64,000 nt of DNA, from NCBI RefSeq assembly GCF_000143415.4, contig NW_003314322.1:308408-372407 (forward strand). The letters run 5' to 3'. The notes under the pieces are model-generated. The model was not told the origin of the DNA, made no database searches, and was given only the letters and a program-made list of their open reading frames with translations. The position numbers and the translations under genes were made by a program. The stretch comes from Selaginella moellendorffii (lineage: Eukaryota; Plantae; Lycopodiophyta). Every line of letters begins with the position of its first letter. The first letter of the stretch is position 1. This document shows positions 59,880 through 64,000 of this stretch, piece after piece.

Positions 59880-62270
59880 AAGGGGGGGAGAGTATCACGA
59901 ATATGACTTTCAGTATCAAAAGATACTTGTTAGCTAGTTCTTATGGACACTCTTTTCTTACTGCTATGACAGCAGAAGGTTGATGTTGTTGGTTCCCTTT
60001 AGTAGCCCCTCTTGTCCAAGTATTAATTTACTAGGCTTAGTATTTGTACTTAGCCAGATGAACATAAGGTAAGAACTCCTATGTGTTTCTAGCTGAGCAT
60101 TCTCGGCCTGCCTCTTAGATCTCTTTTGCTCTATCTTGCACTAACTTGGCAAGAACCCTCACATATTGAGACTAGTCCCTCAATATCACTAGATGATAGC
60201 TTACCATGTCTGCCAAACACCCTCACTATCATGCCCTTTGTTAAACAAGGCCTTTTATTTTCCAGCAAAAAACCAAAAAATTGGGCGTGGTTTCGTTGGG
60301 CACAAAGCCAGCAAAGAGCCTTTATATAGAGGAGCCTACAATGGAAGTACCTACGGAAAGGGGGGTTGCTCACGAACTGGATCCCAAGGGTCTTCCGAGA
60401 TGCGTCACTTGGAACCATTCGTCTGGTGGTGTCCACATCCATTCCCGAGTACCTGCCTCCCCTTGCTTCCACAAAAAATGCCAGATCTGTGCTTCCTTTT
60501 TTGCCTTTTCTAGACCATTTTGCCCTCCTCTCTTTTCCAGCTGTAGGACACGAGCTGCTGCTACATTGATCATTCTAGTCCACACTCGTGACGCCACCAC
60601 CCTTGGTCCTTCTTCCTTGTCATTAAAAATTTTGTTGCACTGAGATTTCCACACTTCCCACATCCTCGTAGTAGATCCACTATCTCCGAGGGAAATCCTT
60701 CTATGTCTGTTCTTGTCATGTTGAGCTGGTCAAACTGCGGTACCCCTTCTTCTGTTGAGGACCATTTCCAAGAGTCTATTCCTTTTTGCATTCCTGCAGC
60801 AGCTTCTCCCGGCTCTTATCCCTTCGCTCCTTGGGCTATATGCTCAAAAGTCATTTCATTCTCTAGTGCCATTGCTCCTTGGCTCCATGCTTAGGAGTTT
60901 GGCACTGTTCCTTCGTTCAGTGGCCCAAGGCCCTGAAACTCAGGTACTGCCGCTTCATACGTGAGGCACACTTGTCTTCGGGAGTGTTGTTGCAGCAACC
61001 AGCACGTGCTTCTCCACACATCTTGTGCGCTTTCGCATTCCCATAGTATGTGCCTTTGTGTCTCCCTCGCTCCACATTTATCGCAAGATTGGTCTAGAAG
61101 ATGTATATTTCGCTTAGATAGTAGCCGGTCTTGCATTGTCAACCACATGAAATATCTTGTTTTTGCTGCCCATTTTCCTTTCCATAGTCCCTTTAAAGTC
61201 GCATGTTGTATCATGTCTTGTATGTTAGCTCGTTTCATTCTTGATATCAGTAACAAGTCGCTGCGCGGCCGAATAAGCCTTCTTCCCAATTTTGTTTCAT
61301 AAGCAAAGAACTCTTCCTTTTTTCTTCCCTGCCAATTCCATTATGTTGGATCCTAGGCCAACTCGCTTAATTTTTGTTGCTTGAACTAGTACATCCTAGC
61401 TACAAGGCCTTCCGTTATTGTCGGGTCCATTGATGTTGTTTCCTTATCCATCCGTATAACTCGTATCGGCTCTGCTCTTGACATGTCCGGTCGTGGACTT
61501 TCCTCGGGCACTTTGTATAGTAATAGTCGACCAACCATCCCGACTTCAAAGACAACACATTTAGCCTGATCTTGAGTTGCCGTATGTATCACCTTTTCCT
61601 CAGCTATCCACCATGACTTCCCTAATGCTTTGTTTACAGTTCCTTCGTGTGTCTTCAAAGGCTTCTTTGAACTTTTCCAACCGGTGTGCCGAGATTTCCA
61701 ACCCGTAGAAAGCTTTTAGTCTGTCTCTGTTCCTTTCTGTTTCCCCCATTTTTATTATCAAGTTGGCTTCTACAAATATTCTCATCCCAACACTGTGAAG
61801 GTCCTGGCATACTTTGTCTATTCCTCTATCCCCTCACTATCATGCCCTTTATGTTAGTCTCATTTTAGTTCCAAATGCTATTTATGGAAAATGTCTAGAT
61901 TCAATTATTTGGCACATTTACAGAATGTAAAGATTGGCCTAAACACAATGGTGTTCATCCCGTGTTCAAATTCACAATTTAGGGACATTCCATACTTAGT
62001 AAGTTTTGAGCTTGTCCCAAAAACTAACTCCTGGTACTAAGGGAGGCTTGGGGTGAAAACCCAAAGCATGTGGGTTTCCAAATGTCTAGTAGGAATAGTG
62101 GTTGGAATGCATGTTCGACCACCTGAGACATTAGTTTGTCTCCCACTAAGTTGTGTCACTCTTTGTTCTACATTCAACTTGGGTCTAAGCCTAAACTTCA
62201 CGCTGCTCTAGTTGGTGGGGTACCCTCCTCCTTGTGTTAGGCCACCAGTATGCTAAAATTGTGCCAAAAT
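59880..62270 (+). mobile_element. PPT (~59880-59892) and family-C-like 3' LTR interrupted by a LINE
   Basis: AAGGGGGGGAGAG followed by TATCACGAATATGAC; colinear with 55235 onward. Confidence 0.7.
60242..61830 (-). mobile_element. 5'-truncated L1-type LINE fragment (ORF2 C-terminus, zf-RVT)
   Basis: LWKGKWAAKTRYFMWL..DRL..CDKCGARETQRHILWEC..AQDVW and WEVWKSQCNKIF; 20-bp TSD CCCTCACTATCATGCCCTTT (60220-60239 / 61831-61850). Confidence 0.85.
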
Positions 62271-64000
62271 TGTGCATCTAACCTCCTTATCCCTATAAGA
62301 AGTCTTAGGTAATTAACTCCTACCCATCCAATCAAGTATTTTACACTTTTTATTTAATTGCCTCATTGTTGCCAAGTCTTACAACTCATTGCAGGTGTTT
62401 TCACACTACTATCATTATTTAGGTCACCACACTTTAACTACATACCTTCCAGTTTAGGCTATACTATTCCTATTTCCAGTGGGATTTCTTTGGCAAGGGG
62501 TTCTCATGAACCCACTAACTTGACCTCAAGGCATCACACTTTAGCACATTTGGTGCCTCCACACCATTGGCTCCACGAACCTACCTTTACAACACTAACA
62601 CTTGTATTTTAAACCTTTGCCAAGACTAACACAGTCATTTCTCATGCCAACTATCAGTTAGCACTACACCATAGTGTTCACACACAATTTTGAGCCAAAG
62701 TTGCTTTCTTCTAAGAACACCTTTCCTACGACTTTAGTATGGCACCTTTTGCCATCAATGAAATACACATAGTTCTCCTACTTAGATCTCATGATCCTCC
62801 CCATCCCTTGTAAGGTATAATGCACCTCAGTCCAAATGCTTTCACTACTCCTTTAGAACCATTCCTTGACTTTGCTTGAGTCATTCAGCTTTTTAGACTT
62901 TGTTAATTTGATGACCCATAAGATCCTAGCCTTCTAGTTATTTTTAAGATGCCAATTCACTAGAATACATTGTTTTGCATTCATATCCTACTCACAAGGA
63001 CCATCTTTGCAAGTGTTATTTTAACACTTGATTATTTTCCATTCCTTGTAGGCTATATTTGCCCCTTAAGACTATCTGTCCATATGATGAGAATATTGAT
63101 TCATCCTCTAAGTACACCCCCAACTCTTTGTCCCACTGTTCTCTAGGGCTTTTTCACCACATGACTGCATCCTTGGTCACTACACCAAAGGATTGTTCCT
63201 TTTCCTTTCCACAGTCTAGGACTTTGGGACAACATTTCAGAACACTATGGCTCTATGTGAGCCTCATGGGTACTCTCCCCACCTTTTGCCTTTAGATGCT
63301 CTAGCCATGGGGCTAGAGCGAGGTTCCATTGAGCCACGCCAGATATCCAAGTAGATAGTATGCTTGATTGAGAGCATCGACCATTTGATCTCTCAGGGGA
63401 ACTAGAGCTGGCTCTTGAACTCTTTACCAAGCTAGCCCGCTTGTTTTTCTATATTCACTCTAGCTTTGGACTCCTTAGTGGATATATCATCACCTAGCAC
63501 ATGGGCATAACCTTCCTAGGTCATACTAGCCTTTCCTAGTCAAACTGGCTCCATTAGAGTCCAACCTCCACACTCTCTCTACTATACTTTTGGAACCCCT
63601 TGCAGCCCTCCCTATAGATTTTATGTCTCACAAGACAATGAGGAAGTCTCTGGGTCACTAAAGTCCAAAATAGACCCGAGATAGAGTCTGAGGTCGAGTC
63701 TTAAGTCGAGTCCTAGGTTGAGTCTAAGATGGAACTGAGACCGGGTCCAAGGTCGAGTTCGGGTTTGAGACCAAGATCAAGACCGAAACCAAGAACGAGA
63801 CCGAGTCCGAGTCCAAGTCTGAATCCTAGTCCGAGGGTGAAAGCCCAAAACAATCATCTCCCAAACCCTAGGGGATTTAGTGAGCTCTAAAAGTATAGTA
63901 ACGGGAGGACTCTAGTGGAGCTAATTTGGCCAGGAAAAGCCAGTGTGACCAAGGAAGGTTATACCCATGTGGTGGGTGATGATTTTACCAGTGAGGAGTC
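62270..64000. mobile_element. Degraded family-A internal and LTR fragments (minus strand to ~63610, plus strand from ~63660)
   Basis: Homology to 34140-34970, 35950-36460 and 19050-19270. Confidence 0.65.

Overview
Repeat-dense eukaryotic DNA, most likely from a land plant (CCCTAAA telomere-type repeats, tRNA-Met primer-binding sites, GT-AG introns). I found no ordinary host gene. The window is a nest of decayed LTR retroelements: three LTR families (called A, B and C here), a decayed Ty3/gypsy gag-pol, a chromodomain remnant, and a 5'-truncated L1-type LINE. Inserted into this nest are two copies of the same ~13.3-kb cut-and-paste DNA transposon (12358-27905 and 41057-54308), each with 24-bp perfect TIRs and a 4-bp TSD. 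The element carries two divergent genes. One is a 1022-aa Sola1-like DDD/E transposase. The other is a minus-strand gene that the ORF track shows as fragments but that splices in frame, via 11 introns (ten of them 47-57 nt), into one ~1,650-aa protein: ParB/Srx-like domain, degenerate beta-class DNA amino-methyltransferase-like fold, acidic/low-complexity linker, and FCP1/NIF-type HAD phosphatase. About 28 copies of a 22-bp palindrome (ATGGCRTG-N6-CAYGCCAT) are spread through each element, often inside the introns; I saw none outside the elements. The best candidate for an undescribed system is this transposon-encoded ParB-like protein plus parS-like site array, possibly acting in self-recognition or anti-silencing. 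All domain calls are by-eye motif recognition and need HMM or structure confirmation.
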